Virus record (IMG/VR): IMGVR_UViG_3300031555_002371
Location: 92,002 to 156,001 of that record
DNA length: 64,000 bases
Strand: one strand, 5' to 3'
Origin: a virus
Taxonomy: Duplodnaviria > Caudoviricetes
The notes under the pieces are model-generated. The model ran no database searches and was not told the origin of the DNA. It worked only from the letters and a program-made list of their open reading frames with translations. Position 1 is the first letter of the stretch. Each line of letters begins with the position of its first letter. Shown here in pieces: positions 32,877 to 41,825 of this stretch. The position numbers were made by a program, and so were the translations under genes.

Positions 32877-33416
32877 ATGAAGAAACTTTTAGTAATCGTA
32901 GACGTTCAGAATGATTTTGTTGATGGTGCGCTCGGCACAAAGGAAGCACAGGCGATTATCCCGAAGGTCATTGACAAGATTGCCGAGTGGGATGGTGATA
33001 TTATCTGCACGTTAGATACCCACAAATATAATTATCTTGAAACAAGAGAGGGGAAGATGCTGCCCGTTCCTCATTGTATCGAGGGAACGGAAGGACACAA
33101 CATCAACATGGATGTATATGATGCACTGATTGATAAGTCATGCACAAAGTTCTCTACATTGAGTACGCTTTGCAAGTATACATTTGGTAGCACCGCACTT
33201 CCCGAAATCATCCGAGGCGCAGATGTTGACTATGTGGAGCTTGTAGGACTTTGCACCGATATTTGTGTAGTATCAAACGCTATGCTTTTAAAGGCGCATT
33301 ATCCCGAAATGGAAATTGCGGTTGATGCAAGTTGCTGTGCAGGTGTTACACCAGAAAGCCATAAGGCAGCACTTACTACAATGAAAATGTGTCAGATTAC
33401 GGTGATTGGAGAGTAA
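32877..33416 (+). CDS. pncA: nicotinamidase / isochorismatase-family cysteine hydrolase (PncA-like)
   Basis: VDVQNDF, DTH, HC, K, GLCTDICV catalytic pattern. Confidence 0.8.
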   Translation: MKKLLVIVDVQNDFVDGALGTKEAQAIIPKVIDKIAEWDGDIICTLDTHKYNYLETREGKMLPVPHCIEGTEGHNINMDVYDALIDKSCTKFSTLSTLCKYTFGSTALPEIIRGADVDYVELVGLCTDICVVSNAMLLKAHYPEMEIAVDASCCAGVTPESHKAALTTMKMCQITVIGE

Positions 33417-33420
33417 GAAG

Positions 33421-34284
33421 ATGATTACGCTTGATGGAAACAAAGTAGAAGTAGGTAAATTCCCGGATGGAACAATTCTTATGAAGCGTGATGGAAGCCC
33501 TCTCGATTTTATGAGATATGGATTTTTTACACCGCATTCTAAAATTGTATGGCAGTTTGAAAATAACGAAGAAATGATTGTGCTTATGTATCTGGTAAAG
33601 CATTTGAACAGTTGTGGCATTAAAGATATTATGCTTATCATGCCTTATATCCCGAATGCTCGTCAGGATAGAGTTAAGAGCGAAGAAGATGTATTTACTC
33701 TAAAATACTTTGCGGAGTTCATCAATAGCCTTGGATTTTCAAGTGTAACCGTGTTAGACCCTCATTCCTATGTGAGCGAGGCATTGATTGATAATATTAG
33801 AGTACAGACTCCCAAGTATTACATCAATAATACAATCGACATGATTAACGCTATTGAGCCGATTAACTCCGAAAATCGTTTGATGGCTTTCTATCCCGAC
33901 GAGGGAGCAATGAAAAGATATTCTGGATTGCTTGATATGCCATATGCATTCGGAATTAAACAGAGAGATTGGGCAACCGGTCAGATTCAAGGACTTGATG
34001 TATCCGGCATGACCGATATTATTTGTGATAGTAATGTGCTTATCATTGATGATATTTGTAGTAAAGGCGGAACATTCTATCATAGCGCAAAGAAGCTCAA
34101 GGAGCTTGGCGCAAAGAATATTTATCTATATGTTTCACATTGCGAAAACACCATTCTTCAGGGCGACTTGCTTACCAGTGGGTTGATTGAAAGAGTATTT
34201 ACAACCGATAGCATTTTTACAAAAACACATGAAAAGATTGAGGTAATGAATTATGATGCGTACAAATCCTATGCTTTTAATTGA
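33421..34284 (+). CDS. ribose-phosphate pyrophosphokinase-like (Prs/Adps-like)
   Basis: FPDG, PYIPNARQDR, DPHS, PDEGA, IIDDICSKGGTF. Confidence 0.9.
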   Translation: MITLDGNKVEVGKFPDGTILMKRDGSPLDFMRYGFFTPHSKIVWQFENNEEMIVLMYLVKHLNSCGIKDIMLIMPYIPNARQDRVKSEEDVFTLKYFAEFINSLGFSSVTVLDPHSYVSEALIDNIRVQTPKYYINNTIDMINAIEPINSENRLMAFYPDEGAMKRYSGLLDMPYAFGIKQRDWATGQIQGLDVSGMTDIICDSNVLIIDDICSKGGTFYHSAKKLKELGAKNIYLYVSHCENTILQGDLLTSGLIERVFTTDSIFTKTHEKIEVMNYDAYKSYAFN

Positions 34285-35731
34285 TTTCTACAAGGCGGTT
34301 CACGCCGAGATGCTGCCGAATGGGATTAACAAATCAGTCTCTTATGAGACAGCAAGAATGAGCAGAATCAAAAGATGGAATGAAATTGTAAGTTTCATTT
34401 GGCAACCCATTTGCAAGACTTATCTTGTGGATTACTTTAATGAAAACTTCTTTAATAGACCTTTTGATGAAGTGATTTCTGAGTACAAGAGAGTCATGGA
34501 TGCTGCACTCGGAGCGGATAATTATAAGATTGATAAGATTGCAAAGCTGCATGAGCTTGGCTGTCTTCCTATTGAAGTAAGAGCATTGCCGGAAGGCACA
34601 CGTGTTCCTCTCCACGTACCGATTATGGAGATTTCTAACACACATCCTGACTTTGCATGGCTTCCGCAGTCACTTGAAAGCCTCATCTCTGCGGAGAGTT
34701 GGCATCCTATGATTGCCGCAACCGTTGGTTATACTTACCGTCAGATTGTCAACAAGTATTATGATCTTACTTGTGATAACAATATTCCGAGAGCAAAAGC
34801 ATTGGGAGCATTTGACTTCCGAGGCGAGGAATGCACCGAGTCTGCTATCAAGGCTGGTGCAGGTTGGTGCTTGTCTTTCTTGAACACCGCAACCGTACCC
34901 GTAGTTCCTTATCTTGAAGCAATGTATAATTGTGATTGTGCCAAAGAGCCTGTCGCATTCGGTTCTCCCAGCACAGAACATTCTGTCATGTGTAGTAATT
35001 ATGCGGTTGACGGAGACGAAGAAACGTTTATTAGACGATTGCTGACTGAGATTTATCCTAATTCAAGTTTCTCTGCAGTTCTTGATTCTTATGATTATTG
35101 GAATGTTGTTGAAAATATTCTTCCCAAGTTGAAGAAGGAAATTCTCGCCCATAACGGATGTATGCTTGTACGTGGAGATTCCGGCGATTGCGTTGAAGTA
35201 GTAACCAAAACGGTATTTAAGTTGTGGGAGATTTTCGGAGGCACAATCAATAGCAAAGGATATAAGGTTCTTGACCCTCATATCAAGGCAATTTATGGCG
35301 ATAGCATTACCGTACAGCGTTGCGAGGAAATCTATAAAATTCTCATGGAAAATGGTTTTGCTTGCTCCAACGTTGCCCTTGGCGTAGGTTCATTCTCTAT
35401 GCAGTGTATTGAGGAAGATGGGAAACTGATGCCATTTACTCGTGATACTTTTGGCATTGCAATTAAGGCGACTTATTGTGAAATTAACGGTGTTCCCACT
35501 CCTATCTTTAAGAATCCCAAAGAGGGCGGATTTAAGAAATCTCAAAAGGGTTGTTGTGTCGTACACAGAAACCACGAAACAGGCGAGATTACTTTTGAGG
35601 ATGGCAAGACGTGGGAAGAATCGAAGAATGATAAGGATAATATGCTTGAAACCATTTTCCGTGATGGTAAGATGATTAAGGAGTACACCCTTGCTGAAGT
35701 AAGAAATAGATTGCATGGAGGGAACTTTTAA
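34253..35731 (+). CDS. NAMPT-fold nicotinate/nicotinamide phosphoribosyltransferase (Namat-like)
   Basis: DFYK..H, FDFRG, TEHSVM, DSYD, VRGDSGD, IYGDSIT, RDT, KKSQKG. Confidence 0.9.
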   Translation: MMRTNPMLLIDFYKAVHAEMLPNGINKSVSYETARMSRIKRWNEIVSFIWQPICKTYLVDYFNENFFNRPFDEVISEYKRVMDAALGADNYKIDKIAKLHELGCLPIEVRALPEGTRVPLHVPIMEISNTHPDFAWLPQSLESLISAESWHPMIAATVGYTYRQIVNKYYDLTCDNNIPRAKALGAFDFRGEECTESAIKAGAGWCLSFLNTATVPVVPYLEAMYNCDCAKEPVAFGSPSTEHSVMCSNYAVDGDEETFIRRLLTEIYPNSSFSAVLDSYDYWNVVENILPKLKKEILAHNGCMLVRGDSGDCVEVVTKTVFKLWEIFGGTINSKGYKVLDPHIKAIYGDSITVQRCEEIYKILMENGFACSNVALGVGSFSMQCIEEDGKLMPFTRDTFGIAIKATYCEINGVPTPIFKNPKEGGFKKSQKGCCVVHRNHETGEITFEDGKTWEESKNDKDNMLETIFRDGKMIKEYTLAEVRNRLHGGNF

Positions 35732-36915
35732 TGATTGATAGTTTTGTAAGAGAATATGAATTTTTGAGCAATTTCTATCCTGCCGAAGTTATATATCATG
35801 GTATTAAGTATAAGAACAACGAGGCAGCATTCCAGGCACAAAAAACCAAAGATATTAAAGATAGATTTCAGTTTTCTTCTTTGAATCCTTCCGAAGCTAA
35901 AAAGCTCGGCAGAAGAATTGAGCTTCGTAGTGATTGGGAACAAGTGAAAACCAATGTAATGTACGAAATCTGTCTTGCAAAGTTTACACAGAATGCAGAC
36001 TTGAAGCAGAAATTGCTCGATACTCATGACGAATACCTTGAAGAAGGTAATACATGGAATGATAAGGTATGGGGAACTGTCAATGGTGTTGGCGAAAATC
36101 GCCTCGGTAAGATTCTTATGAGAATCCGTGAGGAACTTTCAATGGATTTTGATTTGTATTCTGCAAAGAATGAATGTGTAGAATGGATTCGTAAGTTCTT
36201 CGATGAGAATGGCAAGGGATGTAATGCTATCATTGGTATCTCCGGAGGAAAAGATAGTTCTGTTGTGGCTGCGCTTTGTGTAGAAGCTCTTGGCAAGGAT
36301 AGAGTTATCGGAGTGCTTATGCCCAATGGAGAACAAGCGGATATTGATGATGCAGTTACATTGTGTGAATTTCTTGGAATTAGATTTACACAGGTTAATA
36401 TTAAAGATGCTTATAATGGTATTCTTAACAGAATGGGCAATCTGTTTGTTCCGAGAGAGGACAGCTCTTATGTAAATGATTTGATGGCTGTTTCCGAGCA
36501 AACAAAAGTCAATCTTCCGCCACGACTTCGTATGGCTACGCTTTATGCCGTATCGCAGAGCTTGAATGGTAGAGTTGCAAATACTTGTAACCTCTCGGAA
36601 GATTGGATTGGATATTCGACCAGATATGGCGACTCAGTTGGAGATTTTAGCCCCGTGTCGATGTTTACAAGTGATGAGGTTGTAGCCATTGGAGATGCTT
36701 GTGGCTTACCCTATAGCCTTACTCATAAAACTCCCGCCGATGGTCTTTGTGGAAAAACAGATGAGGATAATTTTGGATTTACTTATGCCGTTCTTAATAA
36801 GTATATTAGAACCGGTGTATGTAATGATGAAGCAACCAAACAAAAGATTGATGAGATGCATAGAAAGAACAAGTTTAAATTTGAATTGATGCCTCATTTT
36901 GAATATAGGAGATAA
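35731..36915 (+). CDS. nadE: NADAR domain fused to NH3-dependent NAD+ synthetase
   Basis: N-terminal FLSNFY...EAAFQAQK...D.VWG...G.N.LGKILM..R (NADAR); C-terminal GISGGKDS, RLRM, GYSTRYGD, PADGL..TDE (NadE). Confidence 0.9.
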   Translation: MIDSFVREYEFLSNFYPAEVIYHGIKYKNNEAAFQAQKTKDIKDRFQFSSLNPSEAKKLGRRIELRSDWEQVKTNVMYEICLAKFTQNADLKQKLLDTHDEYLEEGNTWNDKVWGTVNGVGENRLGKILMRIREELSMDFDLYSAKNECVEWIRKFFDENGKGCNAIIGISGGKDSSVVAALCVEALGKDRVIGVLMPNGEQADIDDAVTLCEFLGIRFTQVNIKDAYNGILNRMGNLFVPREDSSYVNDLMAVSEQTKVNLPPRLRMATLYAVSQSLNGRVANTCNLSEDWIGYSTRYGDSVGDFSPVSMFTSDEVVAIGDACGLPYSLTHKTPADGLCGKTDEDNFGFTYAVLNKYIRTGVCNDEATKQKIDEMHRKNKFKFELMPHFEYRR

Positions 36916-36917
36916 AA

Positions 36918-37709
36918 ATGAAAAAGATTGATGCTCTTGGCGAGCGAATGAAAAGATATGAATATGTAACTCGTACTTATTTGACAAGACGTGTTCCTGC
37001 TATCATTCGTCTTGACGGAAAAGCATTTCACACTTTTACGAGAGGGTTTCAGAAACCTTTTGACGAAATCCTTGTAAAGACGATGCAGCAAACAATGCGT
37101 TATCTCTGCGAGAACATTCAAGGATGTGTGCTTGGATATACACAATCTGATGAAATTACACTTGTACTTATAGATTACCAAAAGCTCGACAGTGATTCTT
37201 GGTTTGGATATAATATTCAGAAGTGCGCAAGTGTAGCCGCAAGTATGGCTACGATGGTATTTAATAAGTTCTTTGATTGCAATGTTTATGCATACAAAGC
37301 AGAAACAGAAATCATGGATGAGAAATATTGGGAAGCTCTTAATGTCGCAAGACAGCGTGGAGCTATGTTCGATGCAAGAGTATTCTCTATTCCGAAAGAA
37401 GAAGTTTGTAATTGCGTTTTGTGGCGACAGAATGATGCGACCAGAAATTCTATCGAGATGGTTGGTCAGGTATATTTTTCACAGAAGCAGTTGCACAAAA
37501 AGTCATGCAATCAAATCCAGGATATGTTGATGCTTGAAAAGGGAATCAATTGGAATAACACGCCTACACACCTTAAACGTGGTAGTTGTTGTGTAAGAAC
37601 ACTTGATAACCTTACCAAACGAAATAAGTGGATTATCGATACTGAAATTCCAATCTTTAAGGGAGAGGGAAGAAAGTATATTGATGACCGTGTATTTGTA
37701 GGTGAGTAA
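36918..37709 (+). CDS. tRNA(His) guanylyltransferase Thg1-like protein
   Basis: RLDGKAFH, QSDEI, FDAR, WRQ.DA.RNS. Confidence 0.9.
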   Translation: MKKIDALGERMKRYEYVTRTYLTRRVPAIIRLDGKAFHTFTRGFQKPFDEILVKTMQQTMRYLCENIQGCVLGYTQSDEITLVLIDYQKLDSDSWFGYNIQKCASVAASMATMVFNKFFDCNVYAYKAETEIMDEKYWEALNVARQRGAMFDARVFSIPKEEVCNCVLWRQNDATRNSIEMVGQVYFSQKQLHKKSCNQIQDMLMLEKGINWNNTPTHLKRGSCCVRTLDNLTKRNKWIIDTEIPIFKGEGRKYIDDRVFVGE

Positions 37710-37712
37710 AGC

Positions 37713-39092
37713 ATGACAGAAGCAGATGTTGTAATTATTGGTGGCGGTATTGGGGGTATGATGACCGCTCGCCGAATTAAAAAACTCAACCCTAATAAAA
37801 AGGTGTTGATTATCGAAAAGGGTAGGACCATAGAAAATCGGAAGTGTGCCGCACAAAATGGCAAGCCATGCGCCCATTGTGATGTTTGTGGTATAACTTC
37901 TGGATATGCCGGAGCGGGAGCTTTTTCCGATGGCAAATTCAATCTTGGAACTGCATATGGTGGTACTCTCGGAGATGAGCTTGGTGAAGATATTGCAATG
38001 AAATACATCATGGAAGTAGATAAAATTCTCTCCATTTATGCAAGTAATCAGCACGACAATTATCCGGAAATTTACAAGTCCAATAAAGAGTTGAAGTTGA
38101 AATGTTTACAGAATAACTTGCAATTACTCGATATGGATGTTCGTCACCTTGGAACAGATAGAAATTTGCGCCTTATGCAGAGTCTTATCAGACACCTAAA
38201 TGATATGGGTGTAATTATGTGGGAAAAAACCGAAGTAACCAATGTAAAAAAGATAAACTCTGAATATAGGGTTGAATGCAATAGTGGCGATTATATAACG
38301 GCATCTAATGTTGTATTTGCCGTAGGCAGAGGCGGTTCAAAATTCTTAACAACTTTTTGCAAAGCCAACAATATCCCTATGCACTCTAACGCCGTGGATA
38401 TTGGTGTGCGTGTTGAAATGAAGGATGCAATTTGGAATGAATTTAGTTCCAAAATTTACGAACCGAAGATTCTTTGCAAAACCAGAACATTTGAGGACAA
38501 AACAAGAATGTTTTGCTTCAATAAGGGTGGTATCGTTAGTGCAGAAAATAACAATGGTGTAATTACCGCCAATGGTCATTCTTATTCTAACGATGCAAAG
38601 AAAACGGGTAATTGCAATTTCGCTATTCTTACATCTATTAACTTTACAGAACCATTTAATCAACCTACGGTTTATGCAGAAAGTATCTCTTATCTTGCAA
38701 ATATCATTGGGGCAGGGAATGTAATTGTTCAAAGATTTGGAGACCTTATTAGAGGTAGGAGAACAAACGAACATAGACTTTCACAGAACACTGTTAAACC
38801 CACACTTAAAGCAACAGCCGGAGATTTAAGTTTGGTTCTTCCTCATAGAATACTGACCGATATTATCGAAACGATTTATGCTCTCGATAATGTAGCTCCC
38901 GGAACAGCCAATGATGATACATTGCTTTATGGTTGCGAGAGTAAGTATTATTCGGTAAAACCACAAATGGATAGTAGTTTTTCTATTATGCCCAATGTGT
39001 ATGTGGTTGGTGATGGCTCTGGTGTATGTAGAGGTTTATCGCAATCCGCAGCAATGGGATTATATGTGGCAGAAAAAATTTGCAATTTTTAA
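37713..39092 (+). CDS. FAD-dependent oxidoreductase
   Basis: GGGIGG Rossmann motif, GAGAFSDGK, GDGSG..RG. Confidence 0.85.
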   Translation: MTEADVVIIGGGIGGMMTARRIKKLNPNKKVLIIEKGRTIENRKCAAQNGKPCAHCDVCGITSGYAGAGAFSDGKFNLGTAYGGTLGDELGEDIAMKYIMEVDKILSIYASNQHDNYPEIYKSNKELKLKCLQNNLQLLDMDVRHLGTDRNLRLMQSLIRHLNDMGVIMWEKTEVTNVKKINSEYRVECNSGDYITASNVVFAVGRGGSKFLTTFCKANNIPMHSNAVDIGVRVEMKDAIWNEFSSKIYEPKILCKTRTFEDKTRMFCFNKGGIVSAENNNGVITANGHSYSNDAKKTGNCNFAILTSINFTEPFNQPTVYAESISYLANIIGAGNVIVQRFGDLIRGRRTNEHRLSQNTVKPTLKATAGDLSLVLPHRILTDIIETIYALDNVAPGTANDDTLLYGCESKYYSVKPQMDSSFSIMPNVYVVGDGSGVCRGLSQSAAMGLYVAEKICNF

Positions 39093-39112
39093 AAATAATT
39101 CTGAAAAACTAC

Positions 39113-39141
39113 TTGACAAACCAAATTCGATGTGCTATAAT
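39113..39141 (+). promoter_or_regulatory. sigma-A promoter of the DGR cassette
   Basis: TTGACA-N17-TATAAT. Confidence 0.8.
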
Positions 39142-39193
39142 ACATACAATAAATAAATCTGAACAACCACAAAAAATCAAAAGGGGTGTTGAA

Positions 39194-39802
39194 ATGAAAA
39201 TCAATGTAACTAACAAGGTTAAGAATCTGAATGTAACCATAAGCGAATCTGCAGATGGTTTTGCAATTCTGATTGCAGAAAAGAAAGATAAGACTCTCGG
39301 CTCTGTTGCTCCTGGCAACGTCGTAACTATCGGTAAGCGCAAGTACATTGTTCTTGGTCATGCAGCCGAAACTACCGCTCTCCTTGATGCAAACAAGATT
39401 GACGAAAGAGTATTTGATGACGATGATGGCGATTATGAAACCAGTGATGTCCGTAAGTATCTTAACGACAAGTATTATAAGGAGCTTTGTGCAGCGGTTG
39501 GCAAGGATAATGTAGTTAAGCACAAGGTAAACCTTGAGGCAGATGATGGCACTAATAAGGGTGCATTCTGTGAGGACTTTGTATCCCTTATCACTACCAC
39601 GAATTATCGTCGTTATCGTGAGCATATTCCTGCCGCTGGTTATCCTTGGTGGACTGCAACCAGAGTGACTACGGCTGACAAGGATTATTCTCGTTACGTT
39701 TGCTATGTCAGCTCCGGCGGTGTTCTGTGTTGGGGTGGCTGTGACTGTCGCCGCGGTATTCGTCCGTTTTGCATCTTGAATTCTTCCATCTCGGTATCTT
39801 GA
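39194..39802 (+). CDS. DGR target protein 1 (DUF6273/CLec-like)
   Basis: WWTAT...GIRPFCIL C-terminus containing VR1. Confidence 0.9.
   Translation: MKINVTNKVKNLNVTISESADGFAILIAEKKDKTLGSVAPGNVVTIGKRKYIVLGHAAETTALLDANKIDERVFDDDDGDYETSDVRKYLNDKYYKELCAAVGKDNVVKHKVNLEADDGTNKGAFCEDFVSLITTTNYRRYREHIPAAGYPWWTATRVTTADKDYSRYVCYVSSGGVLCWGGCDCRRGIRPFCILNSSISVS
39689..39771 (+). repeat. DGR variable region VR1
   Basis: 13 differences from TR at TR adenines, plus the same 3' C/T difference as VR2. Confidence 0.95.
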
Positions 39803-39812
39803 ATTTAAGACT

Positions 39813-40178
39813 ATGAGCGACGAAAGCAGATTTGAGATAGGGAACAAGGCGGAACAGTTATATTTTAGCGTATTTGACCTTACAACCAATCGTAGCCATT
39901 ACCCAACAAAGTTCCGGCGAATGGCAGATGAATTACAAAAATGCGCTTTAACAATCCATGACAATTTGTTAAGCGCAAATTCCATTAAGCCCGATACTTT
40001 ACAAAGGAAAACCAAAAGATACGATTTACAAATTGAAGCAGTCGCTCAATGTAACCGAGTGTTAAGTTTAGCCAAATATAGTATGCACAAAAATCTTATA
40101 AGTTCTGCAACAGGCGAGCAGTGGACGGAATTAGCCCACGATATTAAATTTATGACTCTCGCCTGGAGCAAAACCTAA
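39813..40178 (+). CDS. avd: Avd-like accessory variability determinant (four-helix bundle)
   Basis: 121-aa basic helical protein between VR and TR; ends with W..K. Confidence 0.75.
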   Translation: MSDESRFEIGNKAEQLYFSVFDLTTNRSHYPTKFRRMADELQKCALTIHDNLLSANSIKPDTLQRKTKRYDLQIEAVAQCNRVLSLAKYSMHKNLISSATGEQWTELAHDIKFMTLAWSKT

Positions 40179-40207
40179 ATTGATAACTCATTAGGCTATA
40201 TGCTGTA

Positions 40208-40290
40208 TCTCGTAACGTTTGCTATGTCAACTCCAACGGTATTCTGAATTGGAATGACTGTGACTATCGCAACGGTATTCGTCCGTTCTG
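40208..40290 (+). ncRNA. DGR template repeat (TR)
   Basis: AAC/AAT-rich copy of both VRs; flanked by complementary segments 40193-40204 and 40354-40365. Confidence 0.95.
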
Positions 40291-40401
40291 GTGGATTAGC
40301 GAGGTCTATAAATCGTTATTGCGATTACAAGGAGTGCGCCACTACATCAAAAGAGCATATAACCTTTCTCACGCCTTGTGGGATAAATACAAAAGTATAA
40401 T

Positions 40402-41814
40402 ATGGATGATTTTCAGAAACTTATAGACTTTGAAAATCTCTACCATTCTTGCCAAGCGTCCTTGAAAGGGAAAGGTAAGAAAGTAAGTGCGGCGAAATTT
40501 AATGTGTTGGCACTTGAACACCTTTGCGTAATGAAAAGGCAATTAAAGAATCATACATATAAAGTTTCGCCGTATTCAGAGTTTATAGTAACTGAACCCA
40601 AAAGACGAGTTATCAAAGCGGGTTCATTTAAAGATAAAGTCTTGCAACATTGTCTCTGCGATTATGTTCTTTTACCTAAAATGAAAGATATTTTCATACG
40701 AGACAATTATGCCGGACAAATAGGAAAAGGAACTTTATTCGGATTAAATCGATTATCCGAGAATTTAATTGACTTTTATGCAGATCATCGAACCAATGGA
40801 TATATTTTAAAGTGTGACATAACAAAATTCTTCTATTCTATCAATCATGAAGTGATGAAGGAATATGTAAGAAAATATTTCACAGATGAAGATATTCAAT
40901 GGATTTGTGATTTGTTTATAGATAGTGTTGATGGCGACGGTTTACCTCTCGGAAATCAATGTAGCCAGGTATTTGCACTTATTTACCTAACAGGATTGGA
41001 CTACTATATTACCGAAGAATTAGGGTGTAAATACTATGGTCGATACATGGATGACTTTTATTTATTATCAGACGATAAAGAATATTTAAAACGATGTCTG
41101 GAAGGAATACAAAGGTATCTTGTCGGTTTACATTTAACACTCAACGATAAAACCGAAATTGTTTCAATAACAAAAGGGATTAGATTTCTCGGTTTTCATA
41201 CATATATTGCGGATAACGGAAAAGTAATTCGTAAACTAACAGGAGAGAACAAACGTAAAATTAGAAAGCGTTTGAGAAAATACGCGAAACTCGTACACGA
41301 AGGCAAAGTGACAAGAGAGAAATTCAATGAAATGTACAACTCTTGGAGAAACCACGCATCTCATGGTAATTGTTATAAATTGCTTTGCGAAATGGATGAT
41401 TTTGTGAAAACTTTATTTGGAGAAAAACAAATGGAATTAAGAGTTATTATTGCAGGTAGCCGTGATTTTGATGATTACAAATACTTGTCTGAGACACTTA
41501 AAAGTTTCATCAAAGAACATCCGAAAAGAGATATTATTATTGTGAGCGGGATGGCGCGTGGTGCAGATAAACTTGGCGAACAATTTGCCATTGAAAACAA
41601 TCTTGCTATCCGTAGATTTTTTGCCAAATGGGATAAGTACGGGAAAAGTGCGGGATATATACGTAACAATGAAATGCTGGACTTTATACAGCAACCGAAT
41701 TGTGAAAGTGCTGTTATAGCTTTCTGGGATGGCACAAGTAAAGGCACAAAACATACGATTGACAATGCCAGAAAAAGAGATATACAAACTTATGTGTATA
41801 TCAAAAAAAAATGA
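40402..41814 (+). CDS. DGR reverse transcriptase with in-frame C-terminal SLOG (YspA/DUF2493-like) domain
   Basis: GLPLGNQCSQ and RYMDDF; from 41431 VIIAGSRDF...SGMARGAD...AGYIRN...FWDGTSKGT. Confidence 0.9.
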   Translation: MDDFQKLIDFENLYHSCQASLKGKGKKVSAAKFNVLALEHLCVMKRQLKNHTYKVSPYSEFIVTEPKRRVIKAGSFKDKVLQHCLCDYVLLPKMKDIFIRDNYAGQIGKGTLFGLNRLSENLIDFYADHRTNGYILKCDITKFFYSINHEVMKEYVRKYFTDEDIQWICDLFIDSVDGDGLPLGNQCSQVFALIYLTGLDYYITEELGCKYYGRYMDDFYLLSDDKEYLKRCLEGIQRYLVGLHLTLNDKTEIVSITKGIRFLGFHTYIADNGKVIRKLTGENKRKIRKRLRKYAKLVHEGKVTREKFNEMYNSWRNHASHGNCYKLLCEMDDFVKTLFGEKQMELRVIIAGSRDFDDYKYLSETLKSFIKEHPKRDIIIVSGMARGADKLGEQFAIENNLAIRRFFAKWDKYGKSAGYIRNNEMLDFIQQPNCESAVIAFWDGTSKGTKHTIDNARKRDIQTYVYIKKK

Positions 41815-41825
41815 AAGGATTTAAT

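Larger units (their letters stand above)
39194..41814 (+). mobile_element. diversity-generating retroelement (target-avd-TR-RT)
   Basis: all core components in canonical order; adenine-specific TR/VR differences. Confidence 0.95.

Noticed and set aside
40402-41814. Retron, group II intron or Abi-type RT
   Set aside because: An Avd-like gene, a TR and two VRs with adenine-specific changes, plus the GNxxSQ motif, identify a DGR
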